Shown here: positions 51,244 through 61,435 of the stretch, in pieces
Position numbering within the stretch: the stretch's first letter is position 1
How the letters are laid out: each line of letters opens with the position of its first letter
Source of the DNA: Promethearchaeota archaeon
GTDB lineage: Archaea > Asgardarchaeota > Lokiarchaeia > Sigyniarchaeales > SOKP01
NCBI GenBank assembly: GCA_048940445.1
Contig: JBHLON010000009.1
Location: 22,871-86,870, forward strand
Length of the DNA: 64,000 bases
Reading direction: 5' to 3'
Program-made: the position numbers and the translations under genes
Notes under the pieces: model-generated
What the model saw: only the letters and a program-made list of their open reading frames with translations
Databases searched by the model: none
What the model was told of the DNA's origin: nothing

Positions 51244-51780
51244 ATGATGCCAATTGGACCATTAATGATAGAACACCGATTAATCGAAAAAATGATCGCT
51301 CTTATGGATGAGGAGATCATCAAAATGAAGAAACACAATAAAGCGAATCCACTTTTTATTGATATTGCTGTAGATTTTATTAGAATGTATGCTGATCGAA
51401 CCCATCATGGAAAAGAAGAAGATATTCTCTTTCGAGAACTAGAGAAGAAAGAATTATCCCCAAATCATAACAAAATCATGGAAGAACTTATAGAAGAGCA
51501 TAAATGGGCAAGAAGTACAGTTGGTAAATTAGTGGACGCAAAAAATCGATATGTAAATGGTAAGGTAGAGGCATTACATGAAATAGTCGATTTAATCACT
51601 GAATTAACTACTTTTTATCCAAAGCATATTGAGAAAGAAGATAAACATTTTTTCATCCCTGTAATGAAATATTTCACTGAAGAAGAGCAACAAAAGATGC
51701 TTCAAGAATTCTGGGATTTTGATAAAACCTTAATTCATGAAAAATATCGAAAGGTTGTTGAGGATCTTCAAAATAAATAA
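51244..51780 (+). CDS. Hemerythrin domain protein
   Basis: LM.EH, HHGKEEDILF, EEH and HIEKED..FF motifs. Confidence 0.92.
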   Translation: MMPIGPLMIEHRLIEKMIALMDEEIIKMKKHNKANPLFIDIAVDFIRMYADRTHHGKEEDILFRELEKKELSPNHNKIMEELIEEHKWARSTVGKLVDAKNRYVNGKVEALHEIVDLITELTTFYPKHIEKEDKHFFIPVMKYFTEEEQQKMLQEFWDFDKTLIHEKYRKVVEDLQNK

Positions 51781-52015
51781 TATTTTTTATTTTCAAACTC
51801 ATAATTATTTTACAATCTCTTGTTTCAATTTCAATTTATTATTAAGTTGATTTTTTATTACGAATTATAACTTCAGCTTAAATTTGTATTATCAATTTTC
51901 TCTTTTTCATCAAGATCTTTTATATCTTATTATGCTTTGACTTATGATGGTAAATTTTTATATAGTTGATAGGTGATTCAACATAGAAAAAAATAATCTG
52001 AAAGCAAATGATGAT

Positions 52016-52900
52016 ATGCATGATAAAATTGTAATGATAACAGGTGCAAATTCTGGAATTGGCAAGGAAACCGCGAAAGTTTTAGCGAAAAAAGGAGCCA
52101 CAATAATTATGGTCTGTCGAAACAAAGAAAGAGGTGAAGCTGCTCTAAGACAGATTAAAGAAGAAACTGGATCTGAAAAAATTGAATTATTTATTGCAGA
52201 TCTGGCTGACCCTGAATCGATTGTAAATGCTGTGACTGAATTTAAGGAAAAATATGACAAACTCGATGTTTTAATCAACAATGCAGGAGTAACGTTAAGT
52301 AAAAGAATTATTACCCCCTTGGGATATGAAAAAACATTTGCAGTTAACCATTTAGGGCATTTTCTACTAACTAACTTACTTTTAGATGTACTTAAAAAAT
52401 CTGCTCCTTCTAGAATTATAAATGTCTCCTCTGGAGCACATACTTATGCACGACTCAATTTAGACGATATTAATCTTTCCTCAAAATATAGGGGTATGCG
52501 GGCGTATTCAAATTCAAAATTAGCGAATTTACTTTTTACATATGAACTCGCACGAAGACTTGAAGGCACAGGAGTAACTGTTAATGCTTTACATCCTGGA
52601 TTTGTGAGATCTAACTTTGGGAGACGCGGAAGGAAATTATATGAGAGATTACTTTTTGACTTCGCACGTCTCTTCGCTTTAAATGTTGAGAAAGGTGCGA
52701 AAACTTCAATTTACCTCGCAAGTTCACCTGAAGTAAAGGAGATAACTGGTAAATATTTCGTAAAATGTAAACCAGTGAAATCAACAAAAGCTTCTTATGA
52801 TCGGGAATCACAAAAAAAGTTATGGAAATTAAGCGAAGATCTATTTAAAGAAAAACATTACCTAATTTTACCAAGCATGATTCAACAACAAACTACTTAA
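52016..52900 (+). CDS. SDR oxidoreductase (retinol dehydrogenase/WWOX-like)
   Basis: TGANSGIG, NNAG, FAVNHLGHFLLT, VSS, YSNSK and HPG.V motifs. Confidence 0.93.
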   Translation: MHDKIVMITGANSGIGKETAKVLAKKGATIIMVCRNKERGEAALRQIKEETGSEKIELFIADLADPESIVNAVTEFKEKYDKLDVLINNAGVTLSKRIITPLGYEKTFAVNHLGHFLLTNLLLDVLKKSAPSRIINVSSGAHTYARLNLDDINLSSKYRGMRAYSNSKLANLLFTYELARRLEGTGVTVNALHPGFVRSNFGRRGRKLYERLLFDFARLFALNVEKGAKTSIYLASSPEVKEITGKYFVKCKPVKSTKASYDRESQKKLWKLSEDLFKEKHYLILPSMIQQQTT

Positions 52901-52982
52901 TTTTTATTTTTCAATTATTTTCAAATATAAAAAGTAACTTTATATAAACGATTATACTCTCATTTATCAAAAAAGTAGTAAT

Positions 52983-53558
52983 TTGAAGAAGATTATGGAA
53001 CATACAGCGAGAGAATTAAAAGAATTCACTTTGAATAACCCTTCTATCCCAAATCATTATTCTGGATTCTGTTTTGGATGTATAAAGAGAAATCAAGAAG
53101 GTTTAAAACTTGATTTTTGGCTTCTTGATGGAAGAGTTTTTACTACTTATGCGATCCCTCCTAAATATAGTGGATTTCAAGGATTAGGACATGGAGGTAT
53201 AATTGCGACTTTGCTTGATGAAGTATCTGCATGGACTGTTTATGTTAATACTAATAATCTTGGGGTTACTCAAAGCTTTACCTTAAATTATGTTAAGCCA
53301 GTTTACATCAACACTGATATTCTTGTCGAAGGAATTATAGGATCAAATGAAGAAACACATCTCATTATCCACGCACATATAAAAGATATGAATAATAAAA
53401 TTTTAGTAGAATCCAATAGTACCTGGAGTTTACCGGATAAAAAAACACTTTCTCAATTATTTAATATAAAATTAGAGGATATAAACGAAATATATAGAAC
53501 CTATTTTACTCCAATACAAAAATTTATCGAAAATAGAGAAGTAAATGATCCTTTCTAA
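52983..53558 (+). CDS. PaaI-family hotdog thioesterase
   Basis: CFGC...N..GL.L.F and HGGIIATLLDE motifs. Confidence 0.88.
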   Translation: MKKIMEHTARELKEFTLNNPSIPNHYSGFCFGCIKRNQEGLKLDFWLLDGRVFTTYAIPPKYSGFQGLGHGGIIATLLDEVSAWTVYVNTNNLGVTQSFTLNYVKPVYINTDILVEGIIGSNEETHLIIHAHIKDMNNKILVESNSTWSLPDKKTLSQLFNIKLEDINEIYRTYFTPIQKFIENREVNDPF

Positions 53559-53711
53559 CATTTTGAACTTTATATACCTCTCCATTCTTAATTTAAGCCA
53601 AATGGGATTTGATTTTTGTATACGACTAAAGGATAGATTCAAATAGATCTTAGTAATACCCATAATTAATATTATAAAGAGATCTATTCTATATTATTAG
53701 AGTGTGAACTA

Positions 53712-54845
53712 ATTATCACTAAAGATGACGAGATCACTTTTGAACTAGAAGATAAGATAAGTCAATTAACCAAAATTAATGACAACTTAGAAAATTTAAT
53801 GGTAAATTTGAATATTGCAGCTCTCTTTGTAGATAGTCAACTTTTAATTATACGATTTACTCCACAAATTAGTAAAATTTTAAATATTACTATCAGAGAT
53901 ATTAACAGCCCATTAAGCAACTTTTCAACTAATTTGGATTATCCAATTGAGGAACTAATTAAAAATCTGTATAAAGTTAAGGAGACTCTTATTCCTTTTG
54001 ATAAAACATTAAAATCTAAATCGGGAAATTGGTACCAAATGAAGATCTTTCCTTATCGCACAGTTATAAACAAGATTGAGGGGCTAGTAATTTCTTTTTT
54101 CGACATCAGTGTTTTAAAAAAATCCGAGATAAAATATATAGAAGCGTATAATACCGCAGATTTCTATAAGAATCTATTTTTACACGATATAAGTAATATA
54201 TTTCAAGTTATATTATCTTCCAATGATTTAATAATTAATAACAAAGATACATATAGTAAAGAGGAACTATTAGCTCAAAATGAAATTATTAATGTAGCTC
54301 TTGATAGAGGATTAAAATTAATAAAAAATCTTCAAAAACTCTCTATCGATGAGGAATTTCCATTCTTAAAGGCCCTCAATCCTATAGATCACCTCAAAAC
54401 AAGCATCAAGGCGATCAAGGAATCATATAAAAATGAACAACTTGAGATCAAATTAAATATTGATCTTAAAGAACTTGTGATTAAAGGTGATGCGTTATTG
54501 TCAGATATTTTTGATAATATATTGATCAATGCCATCGTTCATAATCAATCTAAGAAAAAAATGATTGAAATACAAGTCTCTCGTATTACCGAGGATGATA
54601 AAGCGTATTTCAGATTTGAATTTAATGATAATGGACTAGGGATTAGTGACCAAAAAAAGAAGAAAGTATTTGATTTTTTTGCTCCCAGTTTAAAAAATCT
54701 AAATGAGGTTGGTATTGGCCTCTCACTTGTAAAAAAAATTGTAGCTCGTTACAATGGGAAGATTTGGGTAGAAGACAAAATCAAAAATGATCCTTCTAAG
54801 GGAAGTCGATTTATTGTTCTATTACCAGAAGCAATAGAATTCTGA
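53712..54845 (+). CDS. PAS (CheB/CheR-fusion type) sensor histidine kinase; probable non-ATG start upstream of 53799
   Basis: In-frame upstream ELEDKISQLTKINDNLENL runs into MVNLNIAALFVD..L.I.RFTP. H-box LHDISN, N-box DNILINA, DNGLGI and GIGL present. Confidence 0.85.
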   Translation: MITKDDEITFELEDKISQLTKINDNLENLMVNLNIAALFVDSQLLIIRFTPQISKILNITIRDINSPLSNFSTNLDYPIEELIKNLYKVKETLIPFDKTLKSKSGNWYQMKIFPYRTVINKIEGLVISFFDISVLKKSEIKYIEAYNTADFYKNLFLHDISNIFQVILSSNDLIINNKDTYSKEELLAQNEIINVALDRGLKLIKNLQKLSIDEEFPFLKALNPIDHLKTSIKAIKESYKNEQLEIKLNIDLKELVIKGDALLSDIFDNILINAIVHNQSKKKMIEIQVSRITEDDKAYFRFEFNDNGLGISDQKKKKVFDFFAPSLKNLNEVGIGLSLVKKIVARYNGKIWVEDKIKNDPSKGSRFIVLLPEAIEF

Positions 54846-54989
54846 AGAAGAGGAGTTGATCTATAAATATCCTCTTAGAGTAATATATTTTTAATCAATT
54901 ATTTTTTTCTATACTCTTGTTAAAGTAATAACAAATTCAAAGACAAATTATTTAAAAAAAAAAAAAGAATTTTTATTTCAAGAATTTTC

Positions 54990-55472
54990 TTATTTTATTA
55001 ATGCGATTGACTCCTCGCAAAAATCATCTTTTCCTTTTCTGAATTTTTCAAGCTCATATTGTAAATTAGGACTTAATTCTTTAACTAAACTATTCATAAA
55101 TGGGATAGCACTCTTTCGACAAAACGGTTCTGGGTCTAAGCCCATCATTATGGCAGCCTCATATACAGGGCATCTACCCACTTTCAAGTTAACTTTTTCA
55201 TCACCCTCCTTAAGAATTTCGGCTTTAATACCAAATCCTTTAATAGCGTCTGAAGCTAAAATTGAAACATTATGTGGATTCATCTCTTTAATTTTTTCCC
55301 GCCGTGCTTGGCTCTTCGACATCCTCCCTTGAAGTGCTCCTATGTTCTGACATGTAGTCTCTATCATCTTATATGTTTTATTCTCTCCATTCTCCTTTAA
55401 AACGGTACCAATAAATGCATCTAGTATTATAAAAGCATTTTTCGCACCATTAAACGTATCTTCAAGTGAAAT
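54990..55472 (-). CDS. ATC-hydrolase/V4R-like protein; apparent ATT start
   Basis: The frame extends 35 codons upstream of ATG 55367 to ATT, 7 nt after AAGGAGGG. RCPVYEA...G....FC...C motif. Confidence 0.75.
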   Translation of the reverse strand: MSLEDTFNGAKNAFIILDAFIGTVLKENGENKTYKMIETTCQNIGALQGRMSKSQARREKIKEMNPHNVSILASDAIKGFGIKAEILKEGDEKVNLKVGRCPVYEAAIMMGLDPEPFCRKSAIPFMNSLVKELSPNLQYELEKFRKGKDDFCEESIALIK

Positions 55473-55698
55473 TTTTATTCCCTCCTTAAAATTTGAATTA
55501 GATTTCTAAAATTATTTTGTACAATATTGTAAATAATAAACTTATATTTTAGTATAAAAAATTATCTCTAAAATCTAGTCAAATCTTAGTTAATACGTTT
55601 TAAGGACAAGAGTTAGACTCTATTCAAAAGATTAAAAATAATGGCGCTTTATATAAATATGTTAATTTACTGAACTTATAATAAAAAGTCTGAATTAT

Positions 55699-56886
55699 AT
55701 GAGACTTCCAACGAATAGAGAGATTTTAATAATTTTATTATGTTCCGTATTGGCAACTTATTCAATAATAACAATTATTTATGCTTTATCTCCTTCCTGG
55801 GAATACAAAGTTAAAGGAAATTCATATTCGGTCTCAATTACGTCAAATGGAAAATATATCGTTTCATGTTCGAACATGGGATCTGTCTATCTTTTCCATC
55901 ATACGAGTCCTAACCCAATAATCTCATATAATACTTCTGACTCGATAGATAATGTAGATATATCAGACGATGGACATTACATTGTTGCAGGTGGCAATTA
56001 TCGCTTGCATCTTTATAATGTCAGTTCTAATACGCTGTTATGGACCTACGATGCTCAGAATATTATTAATGATTTAATTATTTCAGGAGACGGAAATTAC
56101 ATTGCAATGACGGATATAGACAATATGATTTATGTTTTTCACAGATCGAGCCCTATTCCTCTTTGGAACAAGACTTATGAGTATATCGCTTCAATCGATA
56201 TCTCATTTGATGGGGCTCTTATTCTTACATGTGGGTATGAGATTGCATTATTCAACTCTTCTACTTCCACACCCATATGGACTTATAAACCACCTATGGC
56301 TTCATACATGGAAGGAAGTCTAACTTCTAATGGAAAATATGCTTGTGTAGGTACTGAATCATCGACAGCCTTATCTGCAATTTACACCTTTCGAACGAAT
56401 AGCTCATATCCAATATGGAATTATACTTCAACAGAAGATATAACTTCAATTAAATTCTCAGCTGATGGAAATTACATCGTAGCCGGTGATTTTGAGGGTA
56501 CTCTGCGCTTATTTAATCGACACTCAGCCATGCCCATTTTTTCTTACAAAATGGAAAGTAAGGTGGAAAAATTATGTATCTCTAATTATGGAGATTATTT
56601 CGCAGCTGGTTTATATTCACAGATATATTTCTTTAAACGTGGTGATTCTTTTCCAGTATGGTCATATTCTACAAATGATTATATATTTTCAATGGATATG
56701 TCAGCGGATGGCAATTATCTTTGCGCAAGCATAATCTATGGCACGATCCTCCTAATACAAACGAGTGCACCTTATATATTTGGAGATAAAACAATGATAC
56801 ATGGGATACTATGGGCGACACTTATACTTTTTATTTTTTCTTTAGCTTCAATCCCTATTTATCGGAGAAATAAGAAGTATCAATAA
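55699..56886 (+). CDS. WD40-like beta-propeller membrane protein
   Basis: About 8 repeats of (V/I).IS.DG.YI.AG....LF...S..P.W.Y; hydrophobic N- and C-terminal helices. Confidence 0.85.
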   Translation: MRLPTNREILIILLCSVLATYSIITIIYALSPSWEYKVKGNSYSVSITSNGKYIVSCSNMGSVYLFHHTSPNPIISYNTSDSIDNVDISDDGHYIVAGGNYRLHLYNVSSNTLLWTYDAQNIINDLIISGDGNYIAMTDIDNMIYVFHRSSPIPLWNKTYEYIASIDISFDGALILTCGYEIALFNSSTSTPIWTYKPPMASYMEGSLTSNGKYACVGTESSTALSAIYTFRTNSSYPIWNYTSTEDITSIKFSADGNYIVAGDFEGTLRLFNRHSAMPIFSYKMESKVEKLCISNYGDYFAAGLYSQIYFFKRGDSFPVWSYSTNDYIFSMDMSADGNYLCASIIYGTILLIQTSAPYIFGDKTMIHGILWATLILFIFSLASIPIYRRNKKYQ

Positions 56887-57058
56887 ATTCATGATATCTT
56901 TATTTAGTTGAATATTTATATTTCACATAATTGTCAATTTTTATGTTATATTATAATGTCCAAAGACTATAATATAATGGACTTTATTATATTAAGCAGT
57001 AAGAAACATTTATTCAATAAAAAAAATTTTACGAAAATTTACATTTAGAGCTGATATT

Positions 57059-59077
57059 ATGGGGTCTGAAAAATCCATTGAAGATCCATGGGAAAAAGAA
57101 AAATCAGAAGAGGAAATGCCTGAAAAAGAAAGATTAGACCGAGAGAGAATAGAAAAAGAAAGACTAGAACGAGAGAGAATAGAACAAGAAAGACTTGAGA
57201 AAGAACGAATTGAAATGGAACGGCTTGAAAGAGAAAGGCTGGAAAAAGAACGATTTGAACGACTGAAAATGGAAAGCAAATTGTATCTAAATAACTCACT
57301 TTTTATGATCCCTAGTTGGAGTGATTTATTAGGGTATCCCACCTTAGGAACCTATGCTAATCATCCCGTCTTAAACATAGAGACTGATGCTGTTGTCTTT
57401 TTTAGTGGATATGATTATTCCATTGAAACTAATAAAGGAACACTCCATTACTTGTTTGGTCTTGGGTGTTACTTCCTTAAATTTGAATTAGAATCCGGTA
57501 AATATATAACTGACAAGAGAATCCTCACTGGACTAGTATTACCAGATTTTGTATATGACCTAATGGCTACTTCAGCAAATATCACATTAGAAGAGGATCC
57601 TGACGTTATTATAGCGGAGAAAGTAATTAAAGTACCTATTAGTTTGTCTAATAAATCAGATGATCACTTAACTTTTATAAAAGGCGCGTTGATGCGAAAT
57701 GTGTTCATCCCTAATAAAGACATGTTTTTAGAGATGATGGAAATAATCCGTAGGGAGGATTCATATCAAATATCAAATGAAGGATCTAAGATTTTAAGTG
57801 CTCATTGGGACTTTTTTAATAAGATTCTAATTTCTGATAAAATGAGAGCCAACGTGGATTCATCTTACTTCAATTCAACGGCAGGATTAGATGACATTAT
57901 TTATGGAGCAGATGAACTTTTAGAAAATACCATCTCTCAAATAAATCTCAGCATTATTGAGGATAACATTAAGACTTTAAAAACAATTTATGCTAATATT
58001 GAGTTCGACCCTATGTATTTATCCTCTATTCTCGAACAAGCAGCTTTATCCTTAAGCTCAGAAATCCCACAAATCTCTTCAAAGCAGATAGCCTCGGGTG
58101 CTCAAAAAAGTTCTAAAAAATCAATCTTTACTTCGGCAGAAGATCGCCTTTTTGAATTTATTAGTTGGCCAATACAATTTCAAAGAAAAGCAAAAAAAGT
58201 AACCAGACCATTACCCAAACTTGTAGAGCCGCCCACATCTTGGGAGCAAATTGATACTAAAAGTCCCGATATTTCAAAGATAGGAACAAAGGAAATACGA
58301 GAGATGGAACAAGAAGAATTTGAATTAGACACTTTAAAGTCTGAAACAGTCGAACTTAAACAATTGCCTCCTCCCCCTAAAGCTGATATTAACCAAATAC
58401 TCCTGTATTTAAAAAGAGTGATTGCAGAAAATTATGACATGCGATCTATTGGCCAAGCTTTTGAAGTCGCCAGGGAAAGTGCTCGGCAAATGGGTGTGAG
58501 TGCAACCACATTACATCAAGCAAAGGTCTGGGAGATGAGTAAATATGCTAACATTTACATTAAAAAAGAACCTGGTTATGGACTCCCAGAAAAAGAAAAA
58601 GGAGATTTAGCTCGTAAAATTGATGAATGGATTTTTGAAATTGCGGAACGAGAAAGATTGGAAAGGGAACGAATAGAAAAAGCCCGTCTAGAGAAAGAAA
58701 GATTAGAACGATTAGAACGGGAGAGAAAAGAAAGAGAACGACAGGAACAGGAGAGAAAGGAAATGGAACGGCTTGAGCGAATACGTCTAGAAAAAGAAAG
58801 ATTGGCTCAAGAACAATTAGAAAAAGAAAAACTAGAAAAGATTGAAAGGGAGAAACAGGAAGCTTTAAGATTAGAAAGGGAACGTGTAGAAAAGGAAAAA
58901 GCAGAAAAGGAAGCTATTGAAAAAGAAAAAGAAGAACTCAAAAGATTGAAAAAAGAAAGAAAACAAAAAGAAAAAGAAGCAAAACAGGAAGCTAAAAAAC
59001 GAAAAAAGCTAGAAAAACAAAAGAAAAAACTAGAAAAAAAGAAGAAAAAGGAACAAGAAAAATTGAAAAACTTTTAA
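57059..59077 (+). CDS. Hypothetical protein with E/R/K-rich charged helical repeats at both ends
   Basis: Pentad (E-R-L/I-E-R/K)n at about 57128-57270 and 58646-58890, a K/E-rich tail, a globular core and a PPPP linker. Confidence 0.85.
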   Translation: MGSEKSIEDPWEKEKSEEEMPEKERLDRERIEKERLERERIEQERLEKERIEMERLERERLEKERFERLKMESKLYLNNSLFMIPSWSDLLGYPTLGTYANHPVLNIETDAVVFFSGYDYSIETNKGTLHYLFGLGCYFLKFELESGKYITDKRILTGLVLPDFVYDLMATSANITLEEDPDVIIAEKVIKVPISLSNKSDDHLTFIKGALMRNVFIPNKDMFLEMMEIIRREDSYQISNEGSKILSAHWDFFNKILISDKMRANVDSSYFNSTAGLDDIIYGADELLENTISQINLSIIEDNIKTLKTIYANIEFDPMYLSSILEQAALSLSSEIPQISSKQIASGAQKSSKKSIFTSAEDRLFEFISWPIQFQRKAKKVTRPLPKLVEPPTSWEQIDTKSPDISKIGTKEIREMEQEEFELDTLKSETVELKQLPPPPKADINQILLYLKRVIAENYDMRSIGQAFEVARESARQMGVSATTLHQAKVWEMSKYANIYIKKEPGYGLPEKEKGDLARKIDEWIFEIAERERLERERIEKARLEKERLERLERERKERERQEQERKEMERLERIRLEKERLAQEQLEKEKLEKIEREKQEALRLERERVEKEKAEKEAIEKEKEELKRLKKERKQKEKEAKQEAKKRKKLEKQKKKLEKKKKKEQEKLKNF

Positions 59078-59343
59078 GTGATTAAATAAGCAATTTAAAA
59101 AGTGGAATCATTTAAATAGATTAATTTATTCAGACTTTAGATTTAATTAAAAAAATAAAAATCCTATTAAACAATTGTTAATTGAGATGATGGAGGATTT
59201 TTTGCACTACTGATTGGTTTAATCATCTTTTTATGTTCTAAATAAATTAAATTGAGATAATAGTAAAGATTTATAAACTTAAATATTTAAATTCTCTTAA
59301 CAGTTTTATTGAAATTCAAATGCTAGAATTTTTGGTGTATTAA

Positions 59344-60591
59344 GTGGCTAATATAAACCTTTTTCGGATACTACAAAAAATGGAATTGTCTCAAACTGAT
59401 CTTAATGGTAAAGTAGCAATTATTACTGGTGCAGGTCGTGGGATCGGTAAAGCTTTAGCTAGAGCTCTCGCTTGGCTGGGTGCAAAAGTAATAATTGCTG
59501 AAATTGCAAACAATGGCAAGGAAGTGGAGAATTTAATCAGATCAGAAGGTGGAGAAGCATTATTCATAAAGACAGATGTGTCAGATGAAAAAAGCATGAA
59601 TGAACTTGCTAAAAAGGCATTTTTAGAGTACAAAAAAGTAGATATCCTTGTCAATAATGCAATTGTATTTTCATTCGGCTCAATTTTAGATCAGTCTCTT
59701 GAAAATTGGGATCGAGTTTTCAGTGTAAATTTGAAAGGAGCGATATTAGGAATTAAATTATTTCTTCCTGGAATGTTGGAACGAAAATCTGGAGTGATTG
59801 TTACCATTACTTCTGATGAGGGAATCGCTTTTTTTGCTCCCTATTCTGCCTCAAAAGCAGCTGTACAATCTTTGGGGTATTCTCTTGTAGGAGAATTAAG
59901 TGAAGATAGTGGGATTTCGGTATTTATTTTTGGACCCGGAATGGTTGATACTCCTGGAGGAAATGAAGCTTTTTCTAAATTAGCGCAGACTTACAATATG
60001 GACCTCCAAGAATTTATTAAATTAGGTAGTGTGGGGGGATTTGAAGGATTAATGCCTGTTGAATATTCTGCTGCAGGTTTTGCACACGCTATCGTTCATG
60101 CTAAAGATCATCATGGTAAAGTTGCTGATCCATTCAGACCACTTAGTAAATTTGGCTTATTAGCTAGCCCTAAAATTCTGGAATCGCATGTATCCTTTTC
60201 TAATGAATCTATATCTTCAGTATTGAAATCTGCAACTGTAGTTAAACAAATATTAGAAGATGTAGAAAAAGAAACAGATGAACTCAACTTTTTTGCAAAA
60301 AAATGGGTAAAAAGAGTATATAGCAAAAGAACAAGCTTAACCATTCAAGATTGGCTCAATACTATCAATCAATTAATTGAACATTTTCAAAAAAAAGAAT
60401 TTAATACTTTCTCTAATACTCAATCTTGGCTGATTTCTAATTTGAATAAACTCGCAAACCATTTTGAACAAAGCAAAGAAGATGCTAGAGGATATTTTAA
60501 AGATTCAGAAAAATTAAATGAAGCTTTAAAAGCCTTAGAAAATAGAAAGAATGGAGTCGATACCCTCATTCAGACTCTACATAATCTATAA
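59344..60591 (+). CDS. SDR oxidoreductase with a C-terminal helical extension
   Basis: TGAGRGIG, DILVNNA and YSASK motifs, plus about 140 aa of extra helical domain. Confidence 0.88.
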   Translation: MANINLFRILQKMELSQTDLNGKVAIITGAGRGIGKALARALAWLGAKVIIAEIANNGKEVENLIRSEGGEALFIKTDVSDEKSMNELAKKAFLEYKKVDILVNNAIVFSFGSILDQSLENWDRVFSVNLKGAILGIKLFLPGMLERKSGVIVTITSDEGIAFFAPYSASKAAVQSLGYSLVGELSEDSGISVFIFGPGMVDTPGGNEAFSKLAQTYNMDLQEFIKLGSVGGFEGLMPVEYSAAGFAHAIVHAKDHHGKVADPFRPLSKFGLLASPKILESHVSFSNESISSVLKSATVVKQILEDVEKETDELNFFAKKWVKRVYSKRTSLTIQDWLNTINQLIEHFQKKEFNTFSNTQSWLISNLNKLANHFEQSKEDARGYFKDSEKLNEALKALENRKNGVDTLIQTLHNL

Positions 60592-60602
60592 ACTCTAATG
60601 GT

Positions 60603-61358
60603 TTGAAGAAAGTTAATTCTTCGGGAAATTATTCACCAGATACTTTTATTTATAAGAATACTTTATTAAAATTTATGGATAATCGTGGAGAAAAAAGTTT
60701 TATCACGTTACCAAAATTTGCTGCTAAATTATACGATAAAATGATGCAATTAGAACCATTACAGATTCAAAGAAGTCAAATTGCTGAACTTTTATTACAA
60801 CAGATAAATGAAGGCTCTTTATTAGACGTTGGAACGGGTCATGGAAGATTATTAATCGAAATTAATAAATTAAATCCTAAGATTGAGTTATATGGGCTTG
60901 ATATTTCAGAAAAGATGATTAATCTTGCGAAAACTAACCTTAAAGATATAAAAGCTGATTTACAACAAGGAAATATCACAAATACTAATTATAAGAGTAA
61001 TTACTTTGACATTATAACATGTACAGGAAGTTTTTATCTTTGGAATTCTCCAATAGAAGGATTAAATGAGATCCATCGTATATTAAAACCGAATAAAATT
61101 GCTCTACTTTTTGAGTCTCATAAAGATTACGATAAATCAAATCTCAAGAAAGAGATTAAAAAAAATCTTTCTAAGGAAGGATTCTTTAATCGAAGACTTG
61201 TTCCGTACTTTCTAAATAAGCAACTTAAAATGACATACGATATAAATGAACTAAAAAATATATTGAACAAATCATTATTCGAAAATAATTTTTCTATTAA
61301 GAAAATTACATTAGCAAATTTACCTATTTGGTTAAAAATTGAATTAACCAAGGAATAA
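60603..61358 (+). CDS. Class I SAM methyltransferase
   Basis: LLDVGTGHG, GLDIS, SFYLW and EIHRILKP motifs. Confidence 0.9.
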   Translation: MKKVNSSGNYSPDTFIYKNTLLKFMDNRGEKSFITLPKFAAKLYDKMMQLEPLQIQRSQIAELLLQQINEGSLLDVGTGHGRLLIEINKLNPKIELYGLDISEKMINLAKTNLKDIKADLQQGNITNTNYKSNYFDIITCTGSFYLWNSPIEGLNEIHRILKPNKIALLFESHKDYDKSNLKKEIKKNLSKEGFFNRRLVPYFLNKQLKMTYDINELKNILNKSLFENNFSIKKITLANLPIWLKIELTKE

Positions 61359-61435
61359 TCTTAATTATCTTCAATTTAAAAATGAAATTCATTAAAGAAA
61401 TATCAGGACTTGCTGAATTAAAACCGATTCTGATA

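Noticed and set aside
53472-53663. 63-aa minus ORF whose PIWLKL resembles the C-terminus of the methyltransferase at 60603
   Set aside because: The similarity is too short to call a remnant, and the ORF overlaps the thioesterase gene.
57010-57342. Ser/Leu/Phe-rich minus-strand ORFs
   Set aside because: Antisense artefacts of the purine-rich ERLER repeats.
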